Source: Anaerolineales bacterium (lineage in GTDB: Bacteria > Chloroflexota > Anaerolineae > E26-bin7). From it: a stretch of 52,576 bases of DNA. The position numbers were made by a program, and so were the translations under genes. The stretch covers positions 1 through 52,576 of the forward strand of contig SOHZ01000648.1 of assembly GCA_004377365.1 (NCBI GenBank). The letters are read 5' to 3'. Under the pieces are notes generated by a model, which did no database searches, was not told the origin of the DNA, and saw only the letters and a list, made by a program, of their open reading frames with translations. This document shows positions 1 through 7,976 of this stretch, piece after piece. Position 1 is the stretch's first letter, and every line of letters begins with the position of its first letter.

Positions 1-21
1 CATATTCAGGGAAGGTAACCA

Positions 22-1287
22 ATGCGCAAGCACACGGTCTTTATCAGCTATTCTCGAAAAGACATAGATGCTGCCAATCAACTGGCCCAGGATTTGAAAA
101 AGGCCGGTCTCGACACATGGTGGGATATCTCAGATCTCAAAGGTGGGGACGCCTGGGTACGGACTATTCAGGCGGCCCTCAAGGCAAGTAAATACTGTGT
201 CGTCGTGTTATCGCCAGACGCGGTTGAGTCGGAGTGGGTCGAAAAGGAATACACCTACGCCATAGGCCTGGGGCTGAAAATCATCCCCATTCTCTACAAG
301 AAGTGTGAAGTGCCAATGGCATTGGCTAACATACAATACATTGATTTTCGCGGAAAGAAGTATGAACGTGGCCTACAGGAACTTTTGATCGCCCTTGAAG
401 AAGATTCGAGGCGTCCTCAGAAGCAGGAGCTTGTTAGAAGCCCGGTGAATTGGAAGATGGTGGGGGCCATAGCCGGGGTGATAGGTTTGCTCATTGCTTT
501 GGGTACATGGTTAATGCCAAATGCAATCCACTTGCTTTCCAACTGGCTATCCAAGACGCCCACCCCCTCCGCTCCACCGGGCATGGTCTACGTCCCAGCC
601 GGGGAGTTCATCATGGGCAGCAATGAGGGAGAAAGTGACGAACAGCCGGTGCATACGGTCTACCTGGACGCTTTCTACATTGATAAGTACGAGGTGACCA
701 ACACCCAATACCGAAAGTGCGTGGAGGCGGGGGCATGTGATACACCAGGGACAATTACCTACTATGACAATGCCGACTATGCTCAGCACCCGGTGAGTTA
801 TGTGAATTGGAACGATGCCGATGCCTACTGCCGGTGGGCAGGCAAGCGGCTGCCGACCGAGGCTGAGTGGGAAAAGGCAGCACGGGGCATAGATGGGCAG
901 GTGTATCCGTGGGGGAACACGTTCGATGGCACGAAGTTGAACTTTGCTGACAAGAACACAAGCTTTGATTGGTCTGACTCCAACTGGGACGACGGGTACG
1001 CGGCCACTGCGCCAGGGGGCAGTTACCCTGATGGGGCCAGCCCCTATGGTGCGCTGGACATGTCAGGCAATGTCTGGGAATGGGTGGCCGACTGGCATGA
1101 CGAGGGTTATTACAGCCGATCTCCCAAGCGTAATCCACCCGGTCCTGACTCCGACGAATATCGGGTGTTGCGTGGTGGCTCGTGGGCTATCGATTTGGGG
1201 CACGCCCGCTGCGCTTTTCGCAACTGGTCGTATCCCTGGCTTAGGTTCGACGACGTGGGTTTCCGTTGCGCTAGGGATACTGAATAA
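22..1287 (+). CDS. TIR domain / single TM helix / FGE-sulfatase (SUMF1-fold) domain fusion protein
   Basis: 421 aa ORF. The N-terminus 'VFISYSRKD...[17 protein letters not shown]' is TIR_2-like, including the conserved Glu region. A hydrophobic helix '[20 protein letters not shown]' follows. The C-terminus '[59 protein letters not shown]' matches the FGE-sulfatase fold. A purine-rich RBS (gggaagg) lies upstream of the ATG at 22. Confidence 0.8.
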   Translation: MRKHTVFISYSRKDIDAANQLAQDLKKAGLDTWWDISDLKGGDAWVRTIQAALKASKYCVVVLSPDAVESEWVEKEYTYAIGLGLKIIPILYKKCEVPMALANIQYIDFRGKKYERGLQELLIALEEDSRRPQKQELVRSPVNWKMVGAIAGVIGLLIALGTWLMPNAIHLLSNWLSKTPTPSAPPGMVYVPAGEFIMGSNEGESDEQPVHTVYLDAFYIDKYEVTNTQYRKCVEAGACDTPGTITYYDNADYAQHPVSYVNWNDADAYCRWAGKRLPTEAEWEKAARGIDGQVYPWGNTFDGTKLNFADKNTSFDWSDSNWDDGYAATAPGGSYPDGASPYGALDMSGNVWEWVADWHDEGYYSRSPKRNPPGPDSDEYRVLRGGSWAIDLGHARCAFRNWSYPWLRFDDVGFRCARDTE

Positions 1288-1406
1288 GTCATCTGTCCAT
1301 GCTAACTGCTAACTACCCCCTTAATCCCGCCTTGGGCGGAATGCCGGTGGTAGGAAATTGGTCTTCCGCACAGCACTATAACAAACTGTCAACGAGGAGG
1401 ACACCA

Positions 1407-1781
1407 ATGGCTGAATTGACGCGCAAAGATGTGATCCTGATCCTGGGGATGGGAGGGGCAAACCCCAGGCTCGCCGGGGTGGATCTCAGCGAGTTGGACC
1501 TGCAATACTTTGATTTTCATGGGGCCAACCTGACCAAAGCCAACCTGAGCCAGGCCGACTTGAGCCATGCCAACCTAAGCCGGGCCAACCTGAGGGAGGC
1601 CGACCTGCGCTGGGCCAAGCTGAGCCATGCCAACCTCAACGAGGCAGACCTGAGCGGAGCCGACTTTAGTGGAGCCGACCTGAACGGTGCCGACCTGAGT
1701 CAGGCCATCCTGGAAAGGACCGATCTGGGCCGGACCATCCTGAAAGGAGCCATCATGCCCGACGGCACCCAACACGTGTAA
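1407..1781 (+). CDS. pentapeptide-repeat protein
   Basis: ATG at 1407 is preceded by GAGGAGG. The 124 aa are dominated by tandem A(D/N)LxX units ('ANLTKANLSQADLSHANLSRANLREADLRWAKLSHANLNEADLSGADFSGADLNGADL'). The track ORF starts at 1299, but that upstream part has no RBS. Confidence 0.8.
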   Translation: MAELTRKDVILILGMGGANPRLAGVDLSELDLQYFDFHGANLTKANLSQADLSHANLSRANLREADLRWAKLSHANLNEADLSGADFSGADLNGADLSQAILERTDLGRTILKGAIMPDGTQHV

Positions 1782-1833
1782 GGGTGAGCGGTTGACCGTC
1801 GGGTGACCTGCGGCGCAATAAGGAGCAAAGACT

Positions 1834-2961
1834 GTGCGCATCGGCATCAACGCCTTTTACCTTGGCGCGGTCACAACGGGCAGTGGACAATACATCAACC
1901 ACCTCATCAGCCAGTTGACGCGACTAGGGGGTGAAAGCGAATACGTACTTGTTAAGAATACAGAATATAGAATGCAGAATACTTGCATCCTGCATCCTGT
2001 CTCCACGCCTTTTGACTCAATCAGCGAGAATCTGGCCAAGCTCTGGTTTGAGCAGGTTTCTTTCCCTTGCGTCTGTCGCCGTCAAGGCATTGAACTAGCC
2101 CATGTCCCTTACTTTGCTTCCCCCCTTTTCCCCACCACGCCGACGGTGGTCACCGTCCACGACCTCATTCCTATGCTCCTGCCCACCTACCGGGGCTCGA
2201 TTTTGGTGCGCCTCTACACCCGCCTGGTGGCCGCCGCAGCCAGGAAGGCCGACATGGTACTGACCGACTCTGAGGCATCCAAACAAGACATCATGCGCCT
2301 GCTGGGCATCCCAGCCGAGCGCGTGCGCGTCATCTACCTGGCTGCTGACGACATCTATCAACCGATTCTGGACGACCACCGCCTGTCTGCGACCTGTCAA
2401 AAGTACGGCCTGCCCGAAAGCTATCTCCTCTACCTGGGTGGGTTCGACCAGCGCAAGAACGTGCCGACTCTGCTGAAAGCCTTCGCCCAATTGGTAAAAG
2501 ATTCAAAAGCATTTCTGGTGATAGCTGGTCGGCTGCCGGAAAAGGGTTCAGATTTTTTCCCCGATCCACGGCCTATCGTCCAGGAGTTGGGAATAGGAAA
2601 ACGGGTGGTTTTCACCGGCTGGGTGCCGGAGGAGGACAAGCCGGCCCTCTACAGCGGGGCGCGGGCGCTCGTCTTCCCTTCTCTCTACGAAGGCTTCGGT
2701 CTGCCGCCGCTGGAGGCCCTGGCCTGCGGCACGCCAGTCATCGCCTCCAATCGGGGATCGCTGCCAGAAATCGTGGGGGACGGGGGCCTGCTGCTGGAAC
2801 CGGACGACGTGGAGAGGCTGGCAGAGGCAATGGAGAAACTGCTGAACGATGATACGTTGTGGGGAGATTTGCGGCAAAAGGGGTTAGCCCACGCGTCCAG
2901 GTTCAGTTGGGAGAAGACGGCACAGGAGACGTTAGCGGTGTATCGAGAGATAGGGGAGTGA
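1834..2961 (+). CDS. glycosyltransferase family 1 (GT4-like)
   Basis: GTG start after AAGGAG. The C-terminal 'FPSLYEGFGLPPLEALACGTPVIASNRGSLPEIVGDGGLLLEP' is the GT-B E-x7-E type nucleotide-sugar binding region. Confidence 0.85.
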   Translation: MRIGINAFYLGAVTTGSGQYINHLISQLTRLGGESEYVLVKNTEYRMQNTCILHPVSTPFDSISENLAKLWFEQVSFPCVCRRQGIELAHVPYFASPLFPTTPTVVTVHDLIPMLLPTYRGSILVRLYTRLVAAAARKADMVLTDSEASKQDIMRLLGIPAERVRVIYLAADDIYQPILDDHRLSATCQKYGLPESYLLYLGGFDQRKNVPTLLKAFAQLVKDSKAFLVIAGRLPEKGSDFFPDPRPIVQELGIGKRVVFTGWVPEEDKPALYSGARALVFPSLYEGFGLPPLEALACGTPVIASNRGSLPEIVGDGGLLLEPDDVERLAEAMEKLLNDDTLWGDLRQKGLAHASRFSWEKTAQETLAVYREIGE

Positions 2962-3004
2962 AGTCGGTCACTTCTCAAATCTGGCTTCGTACGCGTTCGG
3001 GGGT

Positions 3005-3091
3005 GTCATTGCGAGGAACGAAATGACGAAACAATCTCCACCGTTGAGAGCAATTGCACCTTGGGGATTGCTTCGCTCCGCTCGCAATGAC
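3005..3091. repeat. palindromic intergenic repeat element (arms gtcattgcgag / ctcgcaatgac)
   Basis: 11-nt terminal inverted arms at 3005-3015 and 3081-3091, plus internal complementarity. The element translates to the 'CHCERSEAIP'-type artefact ORF. There is one copy in this window. Confidence 0.6.
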
Positions 3092-3136
3092 AGATCCAGA
3101 GGTGGTCTTGCTCATTTTCGACCTCCACCTGAGCGA

Positions 3137-3423
3137 TTACCTGGCTTCTTCCTCTGCTAACTCTTCCCGCTTGGCAGAGAGATAAGTAGAAACTGAGGTC
3201 TTTTTGCCTCTGAGCATTCCACGGGCAGTTTCGATAGGGTCTTCGGAGAGGGGCACAACGATCAAGTTTTGCCTGCGTCAATCCATCGCAGCTTAGCCTT
3301 GGGCCCAATCTGATATTTTCGCCTGAGGGCAAGAGGGATCTCTGTACGTCCCTGACGCGAGACCACGGTAATGGCGCCAGTCTCCGCTGAATAGATCGTT
3401 GCAGTCTCCTTCAGCTTTGTCAT
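3137..3423 (-). pseudogene. AbrB/SpoVT (MazE-like) domain protein, frameshifted
   Basis: The ATG at 3423 follows an AGGTGA RBS. Frame A reads 'MTKLKETATIYSAETGAITVVSRQGRTEIPLALRRKYQIGPKAKLRWIDAGKT*', with its stop at 3262-3264. The expected last beta-strand and tail, 'LIVVPLSEDPIETARGMLRGKKTSVSTYLSAKREELAEEEAR*', continues in another frame to 3137. The frame break lies at an A4 run (tttt at 3267-3270 on the plus strand). Confidence 0.5.
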
Positions 3424-3446
3424 TTCGCTCACCTCTTTCAGTTACG

Positions 3447-3475
3447 ATTATAGCATAGAACGTCAGCAGCGACAA
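3447..3475 (-). promoter_or_regulatory. sigma70-type promoter for the AbrB-like ORF
   Basis: Minus strand reads TTGTCG, a 17-nt spacer, then TATAAT (3470-3475 and 3447-3452). It sits about 24 nt upstream of the ATG at 3423. Confidence 0.45.
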
Positions 3476-3485
3476 GGGGGAAATC

Positions 3486-4601
3486 TTGCGCGTCTTGATG
3501 ATTTCCAAAGCCTGCATCGTAGGCGCTTATCAGAAAAAGCTGGAAGAACTGGCCCGGTTCGATGACGTGGAGCTGACGGTCATCGTGCCGCCCTATTGGC
3601 GCGACGAGCGGGGGGTGATGCCCCTGGAACGGGTGCACACAGCAGGCTATCGCTTCATTGTCGAGCCCATGCTGCTCAACGGCCACTTCCACCTGCACTT
3701 TTACCCCGGCCTGGGGAAGCACGTCCGACGTCTTCAACCAGACATCGTCCACATTGACGAGGAGCCTTACAACCTGGCCACCTTCCAGGCTATGCGCCTG
3801 GCCAAAAGGGTAGGGGCCAAGGCCCTCTTCTTCACCTGGCAAAATCTGAAGCGCAGCTATCCCTTTCCTTTCAACTGCATTGAGAGCTACAACCTGGAAA
3901 AGGCCGACTATGCTATCGCTGGCAACCAGGAGGCGGTGGAAGTGTGGCGGGGAAAGGGATATAAAGGACCCATCAAGGTAATCCCACAATTCGGAGTGGA
4001 TCCAGAAATCTACAAAACAGACAAATCTCAAATCTCAAATCTCAAATCTCAGTTTACTATTGGTTACGTGGGACGCTTGGTGGAGGAGAAGGGAGTGCAG
4101 GTGTTGCTGCACGCTGTGGACGGACTGGCGGGGGAGTGGCGTCTGCACATTCTGGGCAGCGGTCCCATACAATCCCAGTTGGAGGCTTTGGCCCGGCAAC
4201 TGGACCTCGTTGAACGGGTGAGCTTTGAATCGCCCATCCCCTCCGCTCAAATGCCAGCCTTCTACCATCAATTGGACACCCTGGTCTTGCCCTCTCTGAC
4301 CCGGCTCCACTGGAAGGAGCAATTTGGACGGGTGCTCATCGAGGCCATGGCTTGCGGGGTACCCGTGGTCGGTTCGCGCTCAGGTGAGATCCCCCACGTC
4401 ATCGGCCAGGCCGGGCTGACCTTTACCGAGGGTGATGTCCAGGAGCTCAGAGCCAGGCTTTCTCAATTGATGGACGATCCCGATCTCCGTGCAGACCTGG
4501 CCAAGCGAGGACGAGAGCGAGTGCTGGCCCACTACACCCAGGCCAGGATCGCTACGGCAACCTACGAGGTCTATCGGCAGATAGTTAAAATCTGGGGGTA
4601 G
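3486..4601 (+). CDS. glycosyltransferase family 1 (GT4-like)
   Basis: TTG start giving 'MRVLMISKA', typical of GT4. The C-terminal 'LPSL..EQFGRVLIEAMACGVPVVGSRSGEIPHVIG' is the GT-B donor-binding motif. Confidence 0.85.
   Translation: MRVLMISKACIVGAYQKKLEELARFDDVELTVIVPPYWRDERGVMPLERVHTAGYRFIVEPMLLNGHFHLHFYPGLGKHVRRLQPDIVHIDEEPYNLATFQAMRLAKRVGAKALFFTWQNLKRSYPFPFNCIESYNLEKADYAIAGNQEAVEVWRGKGYKGPIKVIPQFGVDPEIYKTDKSQISNLKSQFTIGYVGRLVEEKGVQVLLHAVDGLAGEWRLHILGSGPIQSQLEALARQLDLVERVSFESPIPSAQMPAFYHQLDTLVLPSLTRLHWKEQFGRVLIEAMACGVPVVGSRSGEIPHVIGQAGLTFTEGDVQELRARLSQLMDDPDLRADLAKRGRERVLAHYTQARIATATYEVYRQIVKIWG
4021..4051 (+). repeat. heptanucleotide tandem repeat (tcaaatc x4, first copy acaaatc) inside the GT4 CDS
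   Basis: Read directly: acaaatc tcaaatc tcaaatc tcaaatc tca. It encodes 'DKSQISNLKSQ', the linker between the two Rossmann halves. Confidence 0.9.
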
Positions 4602-4656
4602 GCAAATTTCGAAAACTGGCCGAAAAATTATGGCGGATTTCTTCAGTTCATTCTCG

Positions 4657-5028
4657 TTACACCAACTTGCTCAAATCCGCTGCTGCGCGCTTCATATCCA
4701 AGAAGAGCATACCCAGCTTGGTGTCTTTGCGGGCCAACACAGTAAGCACAGCCTCTTCGCCTACATCTAAAAGGAGGACGTAGCCGTCGTCGCCTCGGAT
4801 GTAAACCTGATCCAACGTTCCGCGTCCCAACTCTACAGCGATGCGCTCGCCCAGGGAAAGCATAGCCGCCGACATAGCCGAGACCCGGTCCTCCTCCACA
4901 TCAGGTGGCAGAGCCGAGGCCATAATCAGACCGTCAACGCTAACCAAAGCGGAAGCCTCAACGTCCGTCGAACTGGCCTGCAGGTCCCTCAAGCGATCCG
5001 TCAACTGCTCAGTCCTCGATTTCGCCAT
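4657..5028 (-). CDS. Roadblock/LC7 (MglB-like) domain protein
   Basis: 123 aa. 'VEASALVSVDGLIMASALPPDVEEDRVSAMSAAMLSLGERIAVELGRGTLDQVYIRGDDGYVLLLDVGEEAVLTVLA' matches the Robl_LC7 pattern. An AAGGAG RBS lies upstream. Confidence 0.8.
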   Translation of the reverse strand: MAKSRTEQLTDRLRDLQASSTDVEASALVSVDGLIMASALPPDVEEDRVSAMSAAMLSLGERIAVELGRGTLDQVYIRGDDGYVLLLDVGEEAVLTVLARKDTKLGMLFLDMKRAAADLSKLV

Positions 5029-5175
5029 CGCCTTATATCTCCTTTTCCCTATGGCTGACTATAGCCAAAGTACTAGATTTAGCCCTTCGCTGCGCTCAGG
5101 GAACTTTTGCTCGGGCATAGGTAACGGGTGACGTGCAGAAAAGGGGCAACTGCACCATCTCCTCTCACTCGTTCT

Positions 5176-6081
5176 TCACCCTGGCCCAATCGCATCATGA
5201 TGGTCCTCATCACTCACTCCTTGCTGCTTACAGAACCCCGGAGGATCAGAGTCCAGAGTTTTCAGAGCCTGTCCTGAGCCCCGTCGAAGGATCGAAGGGT
5301 CCGGAGAGGAGCCGGGGGCCATCACTACCCGAAAACCGATGTTCTCGTAGGGGATGTCCGGGTTGAGCTTGGAGCGGCAGGCACAGCGGACGAAACACTC
5401 ATCGTGGCTGAACGCCCCGCCACGCAACACACGGGGGATGCTGTCCAGCGCATCCAGGTCCTCGCGGCCACCGGCCGAATCGTAAGGGGACTTGAACGAT
5501 GGCTTTTCCTGGTTCTTTCTCCACAGGCTACGCGTCCACTCCCACACGTTGCCAGCCATGTCCAACAATCCGTAAGGACTGGCCCCTTCGGGGTAGGCCC
5601 CCACCAGCGTGGTATCCCCCTTGCCGCCCTCTTTACTGTTGCATCGCTCCGCGTCCCACCGGTTGCCCCAGGGATAGATGCGCCCATCGCTGCCCCGCGC
5701 CCCCTTCTCCCATTCGGCTTCGCTGGGCAGGCAGTAGGACTTGCCGGTGACCTCGGCCAGCCAGTGACAGTAAGCTATAGCGTCATGCCAAGAGACCTCA
5801 ACCACGGGATGCTCCTCTTTGCCTCTTGGTGGTTTCCCATCTTCCCAATGTTTCGGCTGCTTGTGGCCGATAGCCTGCACAAAGGCAGCGTACTGAGCGT
5901 TGGTCACCGGCGTCTTGGCCAGGTAGTAGTCGGGCAGGTACAGAGTATGTTGGGGCTGCTTATCATCATCCGCATCTTGGTCCAAGCTGGGATCGCTGCC
6001 CATGAGGAACTCGCCAGCGGGGATGAGGACCATCTCCGGCTTGAAAGGCTGAGAGCGCTCCATGATGGCTTTTTCGATCAT
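5176..6081 (-). CDS. soluble FGE-sulfatase (SUMF1-fold) domain protein
   Basis: 'MVLIPAGEFLMGSDP..QPQHTLYLPDYYLAKTPVTNAQYAAFV..CLPSEAEWEKGARG..YPWGN..RVLRGGAF..IGFRVVMAP'. No TM helix. The last ~50 codons run into a REP-like element. Confidence 0.85.
   Translation of the reverse strand: MIEKAIMERSQPFKPEMVLIPAGEFLMGSDPSLDQDADDDKQPQHTLYLPDYYLAKTPVTNAQYAAFVQAIGHKQPKHWEDGKPPRGKEEHPVVEVSWHDAIAYCHWLAEVTGKSYCLPSEAEWEKGARGSDGRIYPWGNRWDAERCNSKEGGKGDTTLVGAYPEGASPYGLLDMAGNVWEWTRSLWRKNQEKPSFKSPYDSAGGREDLDALDSIPRVLRGGAFSHDECFVRCACRSKLNPDIPYENIGFRVVMAPGSSPDPSILRRGSGQALKTLDSDPPGFCKQQGVSDEDHHDAIGPG
5262..5300. repeat. REP-like element copy A (cctgagc / gtcgaagg motif family)
   Basis: 'cctgtcctgagccccgtcgaaggatcgaaggg' shares the cctgagc and gtcgaaggg/cccttcgac motifs with the copies at 37829, 38350 and 45427. 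Confidence 0.6.
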
Positions 6082-6296
6082 GCTTCCTTCCTTCTGCCTC
6101 CTTATCCGATTTTGTCAGCATTCGTCCTCTTCCGAGGATTTCTCCTCAATTATTCTCATCTATCCCAGCCGCCAGGGCGAGCAAGGTCAGGCGAGCGTCG
6201 CCCTGGGGTAGCACGGCCACCGGCAGCGGGCAGAGCCGGTCCGGGTGACCACACATTCGGTGCGGACCTGGGTGTCGCCGTTTGTCCTGTCACCGG

Positions 6297-6521
6297 CTAC
6301 CTGTGAGCCAGGGCGACGCCGACCATCAGCGCCAGGAGCAACAGGATGGCCAGAACGGCCCGCACGCTACGCGCACGGGCTTGCTCTCGCAGAAAGTAGT
6401 AGGGGGCACGCCGGGACTGGATATAGGCCCGGACGGCCACTACAGCCGCCAGCAAGAGCGCTACCAGGCACCCGCCCAGGATCCAGGGGACACAGGCAGC
6501 AGGCAAGGCAAAGTTCACCAT
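6297..6521 (-). CDS. small two-TM membrane protein (hypothetical)
   Basis: 74 aa with two hydrophobic helices ('WILGGCLVALLLAAVVAV', 'AVLAILLLLALMVGVAL'). A GAGGGA RBS is present. It lies directly downstream of the HTH gene. Confidence 0.45.
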   Translation of the reverse strand: MVNFALPAACVPWILGGCLVALLLAAVVAVRAYIQSRRAPYYFLREQARARSVRAVLAILLLLALMVGVALAHR

Positions 6522-6555
6522 TCATTCCCTCGAGTTCTATGCTAATCGGTCGCTG

Positions 6556-6756
6556 CTAGAACCAACAGGCTTGCTTCTCCTGGTACCAGCGGTTGAACAT
6601 GAACCGCTCGAACTCGCCAAGCTTGATGCGGTAAACGCCCCTTACCTGCCTGGCCTGGAGCTCGCCGCGTCGAATGAGCCGACGCACTGTAGATACATTG
6701 ACACCCAGCCGCTCGGCGACGTCTCTGGTGGTCAAATAGTCTCTTTCATCCATCAA
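6556..6756 (-). CDS. excisionase/MerR-type helix-turn-helix DNA-binding protein
   Basis: 66 aa. 'LTTRDVAERLGVNVSTVRRLIRRGELQARQVRGVYRIKLGEFERFM' matches the excisionase-family HTH_17 pattern. Confidence 0.7.
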   Translation of the reverse strand: MMDERDYLTTRDVAERLGVNVSTVRRLIRRGELQARQVRGVYRIKLGEFERFMFNRWYQEKQACWF

Positions 6757-6941
6757 TCATCTCCACTCAGAGCCTCAATCACTGCGTCTACGTCTGGACA
6801 AACGGTAAACGAGGAGGTGAGGCCGGCAATGCGCAGGGCACACTGGACAGAATCAGTGCTTTCCCGGTTCGCGGTTCCCGTCTCTATGTTTTGACTGCAT
6901 TCGTTCAATAAAAGCGTTGCTTGCGGGAAAGACGCCACCAC
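6753..6941 (-). CDS. hypothetical small protein, translationally coupled to the HTH gene
   Basis: 62 aa ORF whose stop overlaps the HTH start (ATGA at 6753-6756). No family recognised. It overlaps ORF 6853-7107 in another frame, so a frameshifted single gene is possible. Confidence 0.3.
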   Translation of the reverse strand: MVASFPQATLLLNECSQNIETGTANRESTDSVQCALRIAGLTSSFTVCPDVDAVIEALSGDD

Positions 6942-7107
6942 CGTTCTCTATGTCGATCAAGATCAAATCGGCGACCATCTTCCGGTTCGATGGCGTATCC
7001 CGGGGACGGATCTTCCAACGGAAGTCGCCCCCGATTGTGTCCCGTATCCATGTGTCAAACTCTTCTCTGCTGCCAGTCAAGTGTTTACTCATGCCCGCGT
7101 TTTTCAA
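6853..7107 (-). CDS. hypothetical protein
   Basis: 84 aa ORF ('MSKHLTGSREEFDTWIRDTIGGDFRWKIRPRDTPSNRKMVADLILIDIENGG...'). No family recognised. Confidence 0.3.
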   Translation of the reverse strand: MKNAGMSKHLTGSREEFDTWIRDTIGGDFRWKIRPRDTPSNRKMVADLILIDIENGGGVFPASNAFIERMQSKHRDGNREPGKH

Positions 7108-7233
7108 ACCCCCTTTGTTTTACTCGATCATTTGCAAAATGCGGTTGGCAATATCGAGGTATGCCTTAGCAATGTTGCCCTCTGGATAACTAAACCTGGC
7201 CTTTGGATTCGTCTTGCGGCCAGTTCCCGCTCA

Positions 7234-7710
7234 TTAGCGGCCACCGCCGACTCGTTCCACGAGTTCGTCAAAGCGCCGGCGCAGCGCTGCTGCTCGCTGG
7301 TCCGCTTGTCGATATTCAGGGGGGCGTGTGGTTGGCAAACGCGCCTTGAGTTCCTGCAACAGGTGGATTGCCTCTTGATGGTTGGTTCCGTCCTGGTAGA
7401 GCGCCTCAATCGAGTCCAGAGCCTGCTCCCAGTCGCCAGAGACGATTTGTTGCATGATCTTGTGCCGCAGTTGCCGGTGTCTTCCTTCGCGCTCTTGCTG
7501 TGCTTTTTCCCTGATCACCTGCTCGGCCAGCGCCTCTTTCGCCTGGCGATGAGCCTCCTCCACCTCCGTGTCCGACAACTCTTGCTGCCGCAGAGTGTAG
7601 CGCAGCCAGCTACAAAGCTGGAGCGCGCGTCGCCACTGCTCGTCGGCCATCGCTATCGCCAACTCTTTTTTCCAGATCTCTATCTGTTCCCCGGCCGTCG
7701 TTTCTGTCAC
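7234..7710 (-). CDS. hypothetical charged/alpha-helical protein
   Basis: 158 aa. It is Glu/Arg/Gln-rich with probable coiled-coil segments ('EEAHRQAKEALAEQVIREKAQQEREGRHRQLRHKIMQQ'). It runs in the same direction as the flanking genes. Confidence 0.5.
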   Translation of the reverse strand: MTETTAGEQIEIWKKELAIAMADEQWRRALQLCSWLRYTLRQQELSDTEVEEAHRQAKEALAEQVIREKAQQEREGRHRQLRHKIMQQIVSGDWEQALDSIEALYQDGTNHQEAIHLLQELKARLPTTRPPEYRQADQRAAALRRRFDELVERVGGGR

Positions 7711-7976
7711 GTTGTCTTACCCCCTCTACCAGAATTGTGTGGCGTCACACACTTTTACGCCTCTTGCTCGTTTACCCCGAATTCCGTCGCCGCGCTCGAT
7801 AACGAGTGAGCATGCACGGCATGGACTTGATCTTGGTCATAGGATAGCGATGCTGCCAAAGCCCCCGGTAACACAGAGCCGGGTTCGTGCACCAACCGAT
7901 GGAGGCGATCTTCCAGGGATTGTAGTAACGGCACGTGCCGCACCGCTTTATGGCTAACTGCTCTCTGTCTTTTTCT

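Noticed and set aside
3006-3332. 108-aa minus-strand ORF ending in '...CHCERSEAIPKVQLLSTVEIVSSFRSSQ'.
   Set aside because: It is a composite read-through of the out-of-frame AbrB tail region and the palindromic repeat at 3005-3091, so it is not a genuine gene.
22-6081. Diversity-generating retroelement (DGR) hypothesis for the two FGE/C-type-lectin-fold genes.
   Set aside because: FGE-fold proteins are common DGR targets, but I found no template-repeat copy of either C-terminal region. No adenine-specific mismatch pattern and no reverse-transcriptase ORF (no YxDD-type motif) occur in the window. An RT outside the window cannot be excluded.
5404-6306. 300-aa plus-strand ORF opposite the FGE-fold gene.
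   Set aside because: It has no recognisable motifs and an Arg/Pro/Gly bias. The opposite strand encodes a complete FGE-sulfatase domain.
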